Below are positions 56,381 to 64,000 of a stretch of DNA of 64,000 nt, in pieces. Position 1 is the first letter of the stretch. The number at the start of each line of letters is the position of its first letter. The notes under the pieces are model-generated. The model had not been told where the DNA came from. It was given only the letters and a program-made list of their open reading frames with translations, and did no database searches. The DNA is taken from NCBI GenBank assembly GCA_965208575.1, contig CBDBOV010000005.1, forward strand, positions 192,001 to 256,000. The letters run 5' to 3'. The stretch comes from Spirochaetia bacterium. GTDB lineage: Bacteria > Spirochaetota > Spirochaetia > SZUA-6 > Bin103. A program made the translations under genes and the position numbers.

Positions 56381-56455
56381 GTCTTCCTGATCCGCCCGAG
56401 GCGCTTCGGCAAGTCGTTATGGGTGTCGCTGCTGGAGAACAGCGCGCCGCTCGTT
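56381..56455 (+). pseudogene. 60-bp AAA Walker-A fragment followed by the 15-bp unit-boundary sequence
   Basis: VFLIRPRRFGKSLWVSLLEN matches 43929-43988; AGCGCGCCGCTCGTT matches 46159 and 52792. Confidence 0.85.
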
Positions 56456-56493
56456 TTCGACGTGAGCCGGCGCCCGGTATACTGGGCTCGCCG

Positions 56494-57705
56494 ATGAACG
56501 TGTTGTTTTTTCACCTGATGCCGTACGCCGAGTTGCCGGCCGATTTCCGGGAGCGGCATCCGTCGATCTGGGTGGACATCGACTCGCGGCTGTTCGATCC
56601 GGAACGCGGCGGGGCGATGTACAACGACTACCTGGACGAGCTGGAGGACGCGGCGCGCCTGGGCTTCGACGGGGTGTGCGTGAACGAGCACCACGCCAAC
56701 GGCTACGGCATGATGCCGTCGCCCAACCTGATGGCGTCGGTCCTGGCGCGCAGCACCAGGCAGGGCGCCATCTGCGTGATGGGCAACGCGGCGGCGCTGT
56801 ACGACCCGCCGACGCGGGTGGCCGAGGAGATGGCGATGCTGGACTGCATCTCCGGCGGGCGGCTGGTCGCCGGGCTGCCGCTCGGCACGCCGATGGACAC
56901 CTGCTACGCCTACGGCCAGAACCCCAGCCTGGTGCGCGACCGCTACCTGGAAGCGTGCGATCTGATCGTGCGCGCCTGGCAGGAGCGCGACCCGTTCCCG
57001 TTCGCCGGACGCTTCTACCAGCAGCGCTACGTGAACTGCTGGCCGCGCCCGGTACAGCAGCCGCGGCCGCCGATCTGGGTGCCGGGCGGCGGGGCGCCGG
57101 AGACCTGGCGCATGTGCGGTGAGCGAGGCTACGTGTACGCGGCGCTGTCCTACTTCGGCTACCAGACCGCGCGCGGCGTGCTGAAGGGCTACTGGGCGGA
57201 GCTGGAACGCCAGGGGCTGGAGCCCAATCCGTTCCGGGCCGGCTACCTGCAACTGGTCGGGGTGGCGGAGACCCGGCGTGAGGCGCTGGAGCGGTACCGC
57301 GAGCCGGCCGAGTACTTCTACACCAACTGCCTGCACACCAACCCGCGCTTCGCGGTGCCGCCGGGTTACGCCACCGAGGCGTCGGTGCGGTTCCGCGCCC
57401 GGCAGGCCAACTCCGGCAACCCGGTCGCCCAGTTCACCACCGCGCCGAGCTACGAGCAGATCCTGGAGCGCGGCTACCTGCTGGTCGGCACGCCGGACGA
57501 GGTGGCCGAGCGGCTGCGGGAAATCGCCGTGGACCTGAACATCGGCCAGCTCATGCTGCTGCTGCACTTCGGCAACATGGGCCGCGACCTGACGCGCGCC
57601 AACACCGAGCTGTTCGCCAGCGCGGTGCTGCCGCAGATCCGCGACCTGTTCACCGACCGGTGGGAGGACCACTGGTGGCCGGCCGCGGCCGCGAGGAACA
57701 CGTGA
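56494..57705 (+). CDS. LLM class flavin-dependent oxidoreductase
   Basis: GFDGVCVNEHH, P.RVAEEMAMLD.ISGGRL, WPRPVQQPRPPIW. Confidence 0.9.
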   Translation: MNVLFFHLMPYAELPADFRERHPSIWVDIDSRLFDPERGGAMYNDYLDELEDAARLGFDGVCVNEHHANGYGMMPSPNLMASVLARSTRQGAICVMGNAAALYDPPTRVAEEMAMLDCISGGRLVAGLPLGTPMDTCYAYGQNPSLVRDRYLEACDLIVRAWQERDPFPFAGRFYQQRYVNCWPRPVQQPRPPIWVPGGGAPETWRMCGERGYVYAALSYFGYQTARGVLKGYWAELERQGLEPNPFRAGYLQLVGVAETRREALERYREPAEYFYTNCLHTNPRFAVPPGYATEASVRFRARQANSGNPVAQFTTAPSYEQILERGYLLVGTPDEVAERLREIAVDLNIGQLMLLLHFGNMGRDLTRANTELFASAVLPQIRDLFTDRWEDHWWPAAAARNT

Positions 57706-58724
57706 GCGGGCCCGCTCGCCGGGCGCCGAAGCAGGGCGATACCGGCGCCCGGACGGCGCCGCCCGAACCGCTTGGCGCGGACTCCGTGTCGCGACGACGG
57801 AGGGCAATGCAGCGGGAGCCAGCCACCTTGCCACAGGAACACGCAGCCGCGCCGCGGAGACCGGTGGCCGCACCACAGGAACCAGCGCCTGCACCACAGG
57901 AACCGGCTGCGGCGCGAGAATCGGCCGCCCCGGCGCCGGAACCGGGGGCGGCGCCGCGGGACCGGTTGGTCATGGTCACGGGCGCGGCCTGCCGGGTGTG
58001 GGAGCAGGGGACGGGCCGGCGGGTGACCTTCCTGCCCGGCGTCGGCGGGCTGCCGCGCTGGAGCCCCTTTCTCGCCGCCCTCGCGCGGCATCGGCGGGTG
58101 TTGGCGCCGAGTCTGCCGGGGTACCCCGGATCATCCGCGTTGCCCGAGTTGGACGACCAACTCGACTGGCTGCTCGCGACCCGCGACCTGCTGCACGCGT
58201 GCGGCGGGGCCGGCGGCGACCTGGTGGCGGTGTCGGTAGGCGCCGCCCTGGCCGCAGACGTGGCCGCGGTGTGGCCGGATGCCGTGCGGCGGCTGGTGCT
58301 GGTGTCGCCGCTGGGCTTGTTCGACGCGGCCGACCCCAGCGCCGATATCTTTGCCCAGCCGGCGGACGGGCTGGGCGCGCTGCTGTGCCGCGACCCGGCC
58401 AAGTTCAAGGCGCACGTGGCACTGCCGGACGGCGCCGACCGGGTGGAGTGGACGGTGCAGCAGGTGCGCGCCCAGGAGGCGGCGGCACGGCTGCTGTGGC
58501 CGGTGGGCGACACGCGCCTCGCGCGCCGCCTGCATCGCGTCACCGCGCCCACGCTGCTGGTGTTCGGCGGGCACGACCGCGTGCTGCCGCCCTCATACCG
58601 GCAGCGCTTCCAGCGTGCCTTGCCGCACGCGCGGCTGGAGGTGGTCGACGACGCCGGCCACCTGGTCGACCTGGATGCGCCGGAGGCACTGGCCCAACTG
58701 GTGGAGGAGTTTCTGCGCTCCTGA
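57702..58724 (+). CDS. Alpha/beta hydrolase with Pro/Ala-rich N-terminal extension
   Basis: APSLPGYP.S, VSVGA nucleophile elbow, D.VLP, AGH; GTGA overlap; start uncertain. Confidence 0.8.
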   Translation: MSGPARRAPKQGDTGARTAPPEPLGADSVSRRRRAMQREPATLPQEHAAAPRRPVAAPQEPAPAPQEPAAARESAAPAPEPGAAPRDRLVMVTGAACRVWEQGTGRRVTFLPGVGGLPRWSPFLAALARHRRVLAPSLPGYPGSSALPELDDQLDWLLATRDLLHACGGAGGDLVAVSVGAALAADVAAVWPDAVRRLVLVSPLGLFDAADPSADIFAQPADGLGALLCRDPAKFKAHVALPDGADRVEWTVQQVRAQEAAARLLWPVGDTRLARRLHRVTAPTLLVFGGHDRVLPPSYRQRFQRALPHARLEVVDDAGHLVDLDAPEALAQLVEEFLRS

Positions 58725-58943
58725 ACGCCGCGGGGCGTGGTTATTTCACTCGGGCGAGGGACCGGGGAACAGCCACCGCGACAGCGCCGCGAGAACGCCC
58801 CTCATCGCACCGTGGCTTGAGCGATCGCGGTAGTCGACTCCACCATCCGGCGCAGTTCCAACATGGATGGCTTCCGGCGGGGTAGCACTCGGCCGACCCT
58901 CCCGGGCTTGCCAATTCTTGTCATTCGGCAGATGCTGGGCGAC

Positions 58944-59186
58944 GTGAACACCACCATGAACGTATCGCTGCCCGCCTCGCTAAAGTCGTTCGTAGACGAG
59001 CAGGTCGCCGGACGCGGTTACGGAACCTGCAGCGAGTACGTGCGCGCTCTGATCCGCCGGGATCAGGACCGCCAGAGCCTGCGCCGGCTGTTGTTCGAGG
59101 GAGCCGGGTCAGACCCTGCGGATCCGGCGGATGCGGCCTACTTCGATGACCTGAGAGCACGCGTTCGCTCGCGTACGCACGGGTGA
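58944..59186 (+). CDS. parD: ParD (CC2985-like RHH) antitoxin
   Basis: MNVSLP.SLK.FVDEQV...GYG..SEYVR.LIR.DQ. Confidence 0.85.
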   Translation: MNTTMNVSLPASLKSFVDEQVAGRGYGTCSEYVRALIRRDQDRQSLRRLLFEGAGSDPADPADAAYFDDLRARVRSRTHG

Positions 59187-59500
59187 CACCGAAGCCGGTC
59201 GTTCCGCGTGCGACGGCGGTCCGCGACGTGGAGGAGGCTCTTGCTCACTACCTCAGCGAAGGAGAAATGCAGGCCGCACTCGGCTTCATCGACGAGTTGG
59301 AAGCAGCCTACGCACACATCGAGAAGTATCCGGAGTCGGGATCATCGCGCTACGCGTGGGAACTGGACCTGCCGGGGCTTCGCTCGTGGCCCGTGAGGCG
59401 GTACCCGCACTTGGTCTTCTACCGCGATCGCGGTGACCACATCGACGTGTGGCGCGTGCTGCACGGACGGCGGGATGTCGCCGCCTGGATGCGGGAATGA
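59183..59500 (+). CDS. parE: ParE family toxin
   Basis: A.RDVEEA..HY, P.SGS.RY..EL.LPGLR.W...YP.LVFY, RVLHG.RD. Confidence 0.88.
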   Translation: MTPKPVVPRATAVRDVEEALAHYLSEGEMQAALGFIDELEAAYAHIEKYPESGSSRYAWELDLPGLRSWPVRRYPHLVFYRDRGDHIDVWRVLHGRRDVAAWMRE

Positions 59501-59538
59501 AGCAGCAGTCACCACACGCCGCCGACCGGCATCGCCGA

Positions 59539-61197
59539 TCAGCCCGAGAGGAGGGCCGCGACCGCGGCCTCACCGCGACGGAGGGCGCTCTCCCGGGGGG
59601 TCTCGCCTTCGGCGTCGCGGGCCGCGAGGTCGGCGCCAGCGCCCAGGAGCGCGGCTACCACCTGTTCAAGGTGATCGATGTCGTCGCGCAGGTGATGCAG
59701 CGGCGAGCCGCCGCCCGGCAAGGTGTCGGTGGCGAAGCCGGGATGTTCCGCCAGGTAACGACGTAGCGCTTCGTCCCGGCCGAAGGAGATCAGGTCGAGC
59801 CCGTCGGGGCAGTGCTCGAGCAGGTAGTCGCGCATGGCGGCGTGGCCGGCGTGGTTGGCCCAACTGGCCGGGGTCGACTCGTGGTTGGCGTCGCGCAGCG
59901 GACGGGCGCCGTGCGCAACCAGCAGCTCGGCCACCGCCCGGTGATCGTGCCAGGCCGCCTGGTGCAGGGCGGTGGTGCGGTCGTCGGCGGTACCGTTCGG
60001 ATCCGCGCCGAGACTCAGCAGACAGCGAATGGCGGCGACGTTGCCCAGGGATGCAGCGGCCTGCAGCGAGCCCGCGTCGTTCAGGCTGGCGGGCGCTTGT
60101 TGGAGAGCAGCTTGGGCAGCCGCCTCGTCGCCGCTCATGCAGGCGGCGCGGAAGCGGTTCTCCGGGCTCAATTCGGCGGGCTCCGCGCCGGCGCGCACCA
60201 GCATCTCGACAATCTCACCGAAGCCGTTCAGCAGCGCGTTCTCGTGGTGGGTGCGCCCGTCGTAGTAGTTGACGCCATTCGGGTCGGCGCCATGCCGGAG
60301 CAGCAGCTCGACCCGTTCGGTGAACCCCCTGGTGGCCGCGTGGCCGAGCAGGAAGTCGAAGGTCCCTACCTGGTTATCGGTCTTCCAGTTGACTTTGTCC
60401 GCGGCCGTGAGACCGCGCTCTATCAGCAGGCGCAGCCAGCCATTGTCGGGACGGAAGATCGTGTTGTAGAGCCCCTGGGCGTCGTTCGGATCGGCGCCGG
60501 CATCGAGCAGCAGCGTAGCGAGCGCCCGAGCGTGAGCATGCGGCGGCTGGCTGACCACGCCACCCTCCCCTTCACCCATCGCACCCGTCAGGGCGGTGAA
60601 CCGGTAGGTGCCGTCCCACATGTAGTGGGAGTTCGGGTCGGCCCCATGCGCAAGCAGCAACCGGGCGACGCCGACCGCATCGCACCCGGGCACCTCCTCG
60701 GTCACCCGCGAATAGCACAGGTAGAGCAGCGGCGGCCAGTTGTGCGGCCCGCCGGGAGCCGCTGCGCGGCCCGCATCCTCGTCCAGGAGCCGCCGCAGCG
60801 CGCCGACGTTGGCTGTGACGGCGGCGGCGTGAACGTCGGCCTCGGCCAGTGCGGGTCGCGCCGTCAACATCGCCTTGGCCCGGTCGATCCGTGCCGTCGA
60901 GTCGTTGCCATAGGTCAGGCAGGCGAGGTCCAGGAACTGCGCCACCTCGTCGTCTCGGGAGACCGCGAGCAGTTCCTCGACGTGCTCGGCCAGCCTGCGC
61001 CAGCTTGCGAAACCGTATTCGCGAGCCACCACGAGTTGGGCGTCGGCCAGTGCCGCGAACCTATCGGGACGGGGATGATGCTCCTGAATCCGCGCGCGAA
61101 CGCTGTCGGGATCGTTGCGGTGCAGGCGCAGAAGCTGCTTGGCCTGCTTCTTGACGCTGGCCAGACTCGGACGCGATGGTAGTGAGCGATCAGACAT
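59539..61197 (-). CDS. Ankyrin-repeat protein with N-terminal LPxRPSL..KKQAK.LL / AQ.V.AREYGF.SW domain
   Basis: Multiple LL.xGADPN and TxLH repeats; GGAGG SD. Confidence 0.9.
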   Translation of the reverse strand: MSDRSLPSRPSLASVKKQAKQLLRLHRNDPDSVRARIQEHHPRPDRFAALADAQLVVAREYGFASWRRLAEHVEELLAVSRDDEVAQFLDLACLTYGNDSTARIDRAKAMLTARPALAEADVHAAAVTANVGALRRLLDEDAGRAAAPGGPHNWPPLLYLCYSRVTEEVPGCDAVGVARLLLAHGADPNSHYMWDGTYRFTALTGAMGEGEGGVVSQPPHAHARALATLLLDAGADPNDAQGLYNTIFRPDNGWLRLLIERGLTAADKVNWKTDNQVGTFDFLLGHAATRGFTERVELLLRHGADPNGVNYYDGRTHHENALLNGFGEIVEMLVRAGAEPAELSPENRFRAACMSGDEAAAQAALQQAPASLNDAGSLQAAASLGNVAAIRCLLSLGADPNGTADDRTTALHQAAWHDHRAVAELLVAHGARPLRDANHESTPASWANHAGHAAMRDYLLEHCPDGLDLISFGRDEALRRYLAEHPGFATDTLPGGGSPLHHLRDDIDHLEQVVAALLGAGADLAARDAEGETPRESALRRGEAAVAALLSG

Positions 61198-61457
61198 GAA
61201 CCTTCCTCCCATGGTGCCTGCGTCCGCCGTCAGGCCGAAAGAAGGTAATGATTGATTCGGACCCGAGAGGTGGGAGTTGTTCCCTTTCCGCGGACTGGAC
61301 GCACCCTCGCCGTGCGCCTGCCAAGCGAACCACGTCTACCGTGAACAGGTCAAGCGCCAGCAAGCCCCAGCAAGCCAGCCAACCAGCCCAGCCCTTGATG
61401 GCGCGCCGGTCAAGTGCCGGATTGACGTTCATACACATACGTGTACACGTACACAGC

Positions 61458-61700
61458 ATGGCGACGAAGATGGTTTCCATTGATCTGGAGGCGTATGAGC
61501 GGTTGCGAAGCGCACGCCGGTCCCCGGATGACTCATTCTCGAAGGTGATCAAGCGTGCCGTGTGGCCACCGGTTCCGCGCACGGCGGCCGCGCTGCTGGC
61601 CGCGCTCGAAGCCATGCCGGCGATGAGCGAAGCCGAACTTGACCGTCTCGATGCCGCACAACTCGCTGACTCGGCACCGGAGGTGATCTCCTACCGCTGA
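61458..61700 (+). CDS. Orphan VapB-like (DUF217-type) antitoxin
   Basis: MATKMVSIDLEAYERLRSARRSPDDSFSKVIKR; upstream TTGACG and palindrome ACGTGTACACGT; no toxin follows. Confidence 0.72.
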   Translation: MATKMVSIDLEAYERLRSARRSPDDSFSKVIKRAVWPPVPRTAAALLAALEAMPAMSEAELDRLDAAQLADSAPEVISYR

Positions 61701-62770
61701 CCGGCGGCGCGTGCGAAGATGGCGACCAGTTCGGGGCGCAGGGGGTAGCGCAGCGGCTCGCCGGCGAAGTGGCGGCGGGCATCTTCGCACTGGCCGGTGA
61801 ACACGCCGCGGTGCGCGCCGTAGGTGGTGCCGGCGCGGTGCGGCGTGTGGATTACGTTCGGCAGGGTGCGCAGCGGGTCGTCGGGCGGCGGCGGCTCCGG
61901 GCTGAACACGTCGAGGGCGGCGCGCAGCTCGCCCGCCTGCAGGCGCTTGAGCAGCGGCGGCTGCTCCACCACGGCCATGCGCGACACCAGCACGAACACC
62001 GCCTCGTTCGGCAGGGCTTGGATCACCTCGCGGCTGATGATACCGATGGTCTCCGGGGTGGGCGGTATGGCGATGAAGAACACTTCGCTGCGCGCGGCCA
62101 TGGCGGCCAAGTCGGTAGCCTTGCGGCCGCCGGCAGCGGCGATCCGCTCCGCCGGCACGTAGGGGTCGAACGCTTCCCAATCAGTGTCGAACGGCGCCAG
62201 CATGCGCGCCAGGTGGCGGTGGATCTCGCCGAACCCGGCCAGCCCGACGCGCCGGCCCTGCAGCCGGTCGGGGGTTTCGGGCCGCTCGGGCATCTCCTTC
62301 CAGCGCACCCAGCCGTTGTCACCGACGATGCGGTGCTCCTGCGGGATGTTGCGCAGCGCGGCCAGCCCGAGCGCAAACTCGTACTCCGCCACCCACGGCG
62401 ACATGCAGGGCGCGGTTTCGGTGATGGCGATGCCCTGCGCGAGCGCCGCCTGCACGTCGATGAACTGGGCCTGCGTATAGTGGCAGGTGGACCCGATGTA
62501 GCGCAGCCGCGACGCCCGCGCCAGGCGCTCCGCGGACAGGTAGCCCATGCCCTGATCGCCCCAGCCGACCAGCACCAGGCCGTCGGCATCGGCGAGCGCG
62601 GCATCCACCTGCGCCGCACGCTCCTCTTCCGTCTGGTCCTTCGTCAGGTCGACGTGTACGCGCTCGGCGAACGAATCGAGCACCTCGGCCGCCGCATCGC
62701 TCCAGTGCATGTCCAGCGGCTGCCGCGACGCCCACGGGCCGAACAGCACCACGATCCTCGGTCGCGCCAT
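61691..62770 (-). CDS. D-2-hydroxyacid dehydrogenase family protein (copy 1)
   Basis: AAGGAGG SD, VAEY, GRRVGLAGFGEI, PPTPET.GII, SR, DVF.PEP, TPHRAG. Confidence 0.88.
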   Translation of the reverse strand: MARPRIVVLFGPWASRQPLDMHWSDAAAEVLDSFAERVHVDLTKDQTEEERAAQVDAALADADGLVLVGWGDQGMGYLSAERLARASRLRYIGSTCHYTQAQFIDVQAALAQGIAITETAPCMSPWVAEYEFALGLAALRNIPQEHRIVGDNGWVRWKEMPERPETPDRLQGRRVGLAGFGEIHRHLARMLAPFDTDWEAFDPYVPAERIAAAGGRKATDLAAMAARSEVFFIAIPPTPETIGIISREVIQALPNEAVFVLVSRMAVVEQPPLLKRLQAGELRAALDVFSPEPPPPDDPLRTLPNVIHTPHRAGTTYGAHRGVFTGQCEDARRHFAGEPLRYPLRPELVAIFARAAGQR

Positions 62771-62955
62771 CTTTCCCTCCTTGTATCCCGGTTCCATCCG
62801 AACCTCCCCGGGAACCTGCCCAGTGTAGCGAATCCGCTCCTGACGTTGACACCCGCCCGGTGGACTGGCCGGGCAGCCGGACCCGTGTACGAGCGCTGGG
62901 CGCGGACGAGCCGGGCTGCGCCTGAATGGGCCCTCCGAGTGCCCGCCGGCGCCGC

Positions 62956-64000
62956 TCAGCCGGTGCGGGCGGCCTTGGCGAAGATGGCGACCATTTCGGG
63001 CCGCAGGGGGTAGCGCAGCGGTTCGCCGGCGAAGTGGCGGCGCGCCTCGTGGCACTGGCCGAGAAACACGCCGAGGTGCGCACCGTAGGTGCCGCCGGCG
63101 CGGTGCGGCGTGTGGATCACGTTGGGCAGGGTGCGCAACGGGTCGTCCGGCGGGGGCGGCTCCGGGCTGTACACGTCGATGCCGGCGCGCAACTCGCCGG
63201 CCTGCAGCCGCTCCAGCAGCGGCGGCTGCTCCACCACCGCCATGCGCGACACCAGCACGAACACCGCGTCGCGCGGCAGCGCCATGATCACGTCCCGGTT
63301 GATGATGCCGATGGTCTCCGGGGTGGGCGGTATGGCGATGCAGAACACCTCGCTGCGCGCGGCCATGGCGACCAGGTCGTCCACCTTGCGCCCGCCCAGG
63401 GCCTCTATCCGTTCCGCGGGGATGTAGGGATCGAACGCTTCCCAGTCGGTGTGGAACGGCGCCAGCATGAGCGCCAGTTGACGGTGGATCTCGCCGAACC
63501 CGGCCAGCCCTACCCGCCGGCCGTGCAGCCGCTCTGGAACTTCCGCCAGCTCCGGGTGGTCGCCCCAGCGCACCCAGCCGTTGGCGCCGACCGTCGTGTG
63601 CTCCTGCGCCAGGTTGCGCAGCGTACCCAGCACCAGCGCCAACTCGTACTCCGCCACGAACGGCGACATCACCGGCGCCGTCTCGCTGATGGCGATGCCC
63701 TGCGCGATCGCCGCCTCCACGTCGATGAACGTGGCCTGCGTGTAGTGGCAGGTGGAACCGATGTAGCGCAGCCGGGGCGCCGCCGCGAGGCGCTCGGCGG
63801 ACAGGTAGCCCATGCCCTGCGAGCCCCAGCCGCGCAGCACCATGCCGTCGGCATCGGCAAGCGCTTCATCCACCTGCGCGGCACGCTGCTCCGGCGACTG
63901 GTCGGATTGCAGGTGAACCTCCACGCGTTCGGCGAACGGGTCGAGCACCTCGGCGGCCCGCTTGCTCCAGTACTGCGCGATCTGCGGGCTCAACCTCCAG
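62956..64000 (-). CDS. D-2-hydroxyacid dehydrogenase family protein (copy 2, start probably outside window)
   Basis: Close tandem paralogue of 61691-62770. Confidence 0.88.
   Translation of the reverse strand, partial: WRLSPQIAQYWSKRAAEVLDPFAERVEVHLQSDQSPEQRAAQVDEALADADGMVLRGWGSQGMGYLSAERLAAAPRLRYIGSTCHYTQATFIDVEAAIAQGIAISETAPVMSPFVAEYELALVLGTLRNLAQEHTTVGANGWVRWGDHPELAEVPERLHGRRVGLAGFGEIHRQLALMLAPFHTDWEAFDPYIPAERIEALGGRKVDDLVAMAARSEVFCIAIPPTPETIGIINRDVIMALPRDAVFVLVSRMAVVEQPPLLERLQAGELRAGIDVYSPEPPPPDDPLRTLPNVIHTPHRAGGTYGAHLGVFLGQCHEARRHFAGEPLRYPLRPEMVAIFAKAARTG

Noticed and set aside
41572-59500. Integron cassette array of TA genes
   Set aside because: No integrase, no recurring attC-like sites, mixed gene orientations
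1-64000. tRNA, rRNA, tmRNA or known riboswitches
   Set aside because: No cloverleaf/T-loop, rRNA or recognisable riboswitch consensus found by eye; an Rfam scan is needed to exclude them formally

Overview
GC-rich bacterial window dominated by ABC importers: seven family-5 (Dpp/Opp-type) substrate-binding proteins (SBPs), six intact DppB/DppC permease pairs, only one DppD/DppF ATPase pair, a sugar ABC set and a LIV-type SBP. The 'A-G-x-E' type signal peptides plus ankyrin, FG-GAP, phytanoyl-CoA dioxygenase and LLM genes suggest, by inference only, a host-associated (possibly sponge-associated) spirochaete. Between the operons lie catabolic enzymes, many toxin-antitoxin/nuclease genes (AbiE, two ParDE-type pairs, Phd-VapC, orphan PIN and antitoxin, two Uma2, AAA-PD(D/E)XK, DUF222-HNH) and many gene scars. 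Main observations: (1) a conserved ~400-nt structured 5' leader upstream of two distant SBP genes, with an identical 11-aa uORF (MILKEPHARAA), compensatory base changes and competing helices, plus a diverged third copy; (2) two permease paralogues that appear to start at ATC; (3) a tandem amplification at about 42-56.5 kb pruned by reciprocal deletions, in which only the SBP survives twice and has diverged in patches; (4) a candidate SD-sequestering RNA switch upstream of the ankyrin gene. I recognised no rRNA, tRNA, CRISPR array, integrase, reverse transcriptase or IS transposase. All comparisons were made by eye; no database searches were run.
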